Below, piece after piece: positions 47,130 to 49,837 of a DNA stretch of 49,837 nucleotides. The DNA comes from Klebsormidium nitens. Taxonomy: Eukaryota > Plantae > Klebsormidiophyceae. Position 1 is the first letter of the stretch; each line of letters opens with the position of its first letter. The notes under the pieces are model-generated. The model had not been told where the DNA came from, searched no databases, and was given only the letters and a program-made list of their open reading frames with translations. The stretch is from contig DF237576.1 of NCBI GenBank assembly GCA_000708835.1, positions 1-49,837 of the forward strand. The letters are read 5' to 3'. The translations under genes and the position numbers were made by a program.

Positions 47130-49048
47130 ATGGGTTCCAGAGAATTGAGACCCTTAAGATGGGCGCAGGATGTTCAACAGTGGGATTCGGGACAGATGGA
47201 AGACATGCCAGAGAGCGTACGACGCTTTTGGACTACAAGCTTCGACCATTATTATCACTTCGACTATGAGACTACACTCGAAGGCCACCTGTTGAAAGGT
47301 GTTGAGCCATACCAAATGACCCTCCTAACATCTTCTGAGATTGATGGTCAAAAGTTGCCTTTCAAAGACGGTGACCTTGTCGGCTTTGTAGGAGCTTCTG
47401 AGGACGTGAAATTTCCGGGATCCAGTACGGCAGAATCATGGCCTTGTATCTACTTTCCCCTCAAGATGAACAAAGACCCCTTGGCAGCAAGCGACGCTCT
47501 CGGAGATTTCAAGGTTTCTCTGGAAAGAGTCAACGTCAGAGCTTTTGTGGAATCTGATGAGTCAGCTCAATATAGTGGGACCTGCAACCATCTAGGTCGG
47601 GGAGACGTCATGTTAGGGGTCACATTAACCAGGTACTTCGCCGCTGGCAAATTGCCTTCTAACTCCAGAGTGCAAGTGCTCATCAACGTGGTGCTGCAGC
47701 GAACGTACTCGAAATGTGACAAAGTTCGTATCAAAATACAGCGATCAGAAGGCTGGAAGTTGCTTAATGAGGTTGACGAATCTGGCGACGTCGATCTCAC
47801 TGGGCAGGTGAATGAACCTTACGCATCTGCTTACTTAGCCCTGGCCTGTCAAGCATATGCAACGAGGACTGTAAATTCAATCTATTACGACGGTAAGTGC
47901 ATGAGATAAAATATTAGGCTGAAAGACTATCTGACTGGAAGGTGAACAAAACAGCCCGTGATATCGTTGATTCCTGCCATGCTTGCTGACTATTTCTTGG
48001 TGCATGCCGAGTAAGTTCAAATTGACTTTATGTTAGATTGAGGCTATAGCAATGAAAAACTCCTTGCTTCTACGCGCTTTCCGTGCTGTATCCTTGTACG
48101 AAAATACCCCTGAGCCGACAGCAGATTCTGTGATCTGATAATTGTTTTGTTTGACCACAGTTCAAGCTTCGCGTTTTCTGTTCACAGGATGGATCAACCC
48201 CGGCTCATGCATCAGTCCTGAAAAAGTCTGCTCCTTACTTCCAAGCACTGCTGAGCGAGCGATGGTTCAGAGGCATGTCCTCTGAGGAGAAACGGGAGCT
48301 TCCTCTGCCTGTCCCTGCCGATGGAGAAACGGTCAAGTCCTTTTTGAAGTGCCTGTACGGAGTGCCGGTTGTCCTCCAGGTTCTTGAATGGAGGGGCACG
48401 AGCATGTTTGAGGTAAGTTCACGGTTGGGGGTGCTTACCTTCAAGATCAGTAAGGTTTGGAAAAGAGAAGTGTTGCTCCTGGAAGCTCTGCATGCAGAAC
48501 CCTAAATGTAACTCTTAAACCATCCTCGAACGCGATGGTCAGAATCGCTCGTCCTGGTACAAAAGTAAGGATAAGAAGTACTTATGTGAATGAAAAAGAG
48601 ACTCTTTGCTTGTTTCTTAAGCAGTCATTGCCTTAGCATGATCAGGAAGGAACGCGTTGTATAGTAAAAGCACTACGAAAACGAGATGCTTTCAAGCCTC
48701 AAAGCGGGCTCAAAGCACCCCGCGCTATCTTTCTGGCAGGACGTATACCAGCTAGCGGACGCGTGCAGCGCGCGTCAAGTCTGCTTCCAGATTGCGGAAT
48801 GTGTGCAGATGACCGAGACGAACATCCCTTGGTGGATTGAGTGGCTGAAGGAAGAGCATCCGCAAAACGAATACAAGCCTATAAAGCGCAGAGTCTGTGA
48901 ATTCATGCAAAAACACTTCGCAGCGAGGTGGGACTGCTTTGAGCCGGACACACTTCGCGCGCTTTGGGGAATGAATCAAGGGGATAGGGTCGCTCAAGAA
49001 AGGTTGAAGTGTGCCCTTAAGGAAAGAAAGTCAGCTAGTGACGGCTGA
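47130..49048 (+). CDS. BTB/POZ-domain protein, copy B (exons 47130-47807, 48188-48412, 48740-49048; 403 aa)
   Basis: Three phase-0 exons with canonical sites. BTB motif AHASVLKKSAPYFQALL..FLKCLYG. Same exon structure as copy A in inverted orientation. Confidence 0.85.
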
Positions 49049-49837
49049 AGCATGATCGTGGAGTCGATCATGCGGCCGGAGGGCCGTTTAGAACCAAACC
49101 GCCTTTTGTTTGACATCGAACAGTAGGAGGGGAAAAAACTCATGGGTGACTTGTCGGCAAGAGTGAGCTTGTACTCACTCGCTGCAGGATCTTTTACCAC
49201 TTACAGATTTGACGATTTTGGAATCGTCTTGTTCCATTTGGCAAAAAGAAGACTGCCGGAATACGGTCAGAGTCACACAATACTCATGGAGTACCCCAAG
49301 AGACATTGATTGAAGCGGATGTATTCCTCTTGACTACAACCGCAAGCAATGGTCCTTTATAGAGAAGATGAACCCACCGTCCGAAATCTTATTGCTTGCG
49401 TGCATTTGCGCGTGAATTGGGACGCGGTGGATTCATTACAACCATTTCAGAACGGTTTTGTGCCCCACCCCCAACCCTGTACAATTCTGCTTGTCTAGAG
49501 TGTCAATTAGTGGCATAATATATATATTACACGCAATAAGGGTAACTAGATTGCTTGGCGAGGGCGTAGAGCCACCAAGAATGCATTCAAGATCTCTCGC
49601 AATCCTGCATTTGAGCAAGAACATTTGAACAAGCATACAAGTTCATTGTAAGGAGGAGGACCATGACTTGGAGATACTCACAATGCAAGAAGCGCGAGCG
49701 TGCTTATTCCAAGTTCGCAAGCCGCTGCTTGGGACGCTAACGTTGAGTTATCAAAAAGGGCCGCGCCAATGATCATGGTTTTGTTTGTGGGATTCATGGT
49801 GTTAGAAGTATTTGCGCACTGCCACTCGGGCCACACT

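Noticed and set aside
1-49837. tRNA/rRNA genes and the many short opposite-strand ORFs in the track
   Set aside because: I recognised no tRNA or rRNA signatures by eye (tRNAscan/Infernal not run). Most short ORFs are shadows of the exons annotated above.

Overview
Eukaryotic genomic DNA. It is intron-rich with GT-AG junctions and CTGAC/CTAAC branch sites and carries a plant-type NTMC2T5 orthologue, so a streptophyte alga such as Klebsormidium is my inference. (1) 1 to ~16.2 kb is a virus-like integrative element cluster. It has an intronless Prim-Pol gene running off the left edge (absent from the ORF track), an intact tyrosine recombinase and small orphan ORFs. It also has a second, spliced and frameshifted Prim-Pol/zinc-finger/D5-SF3 helicase gene whose putative 5' exon carries a 2A-like ESNPGP motif. 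The noncoding DNA of the 4.7-16.2 kb part is marked by a bipartite TGACGTCA-N33/34-CTYGGAC repeat. I recognise no capsid or packaging ATPase gene. (2) 16-24 kb holds poorly resolved genes, including one spliced orphan. (3) 24-30.5 kb is a spliced, probably dead DDE transposase (DUF6729-like, DxxH clan) with a hairpin upstream. (4) 31.2-43.6 kb is an 11-exon NTMC2T5 (SMP-C2) gene in which most introns contain decaying tandem copies of the adjacent exon/intron junctions. (5) 44.7-49.0 kb is a head-to-head duplicated pair of BTB/POZ genes, one frameshifted. All exon models were built by hand and need RNA-seq or homology confirmation.
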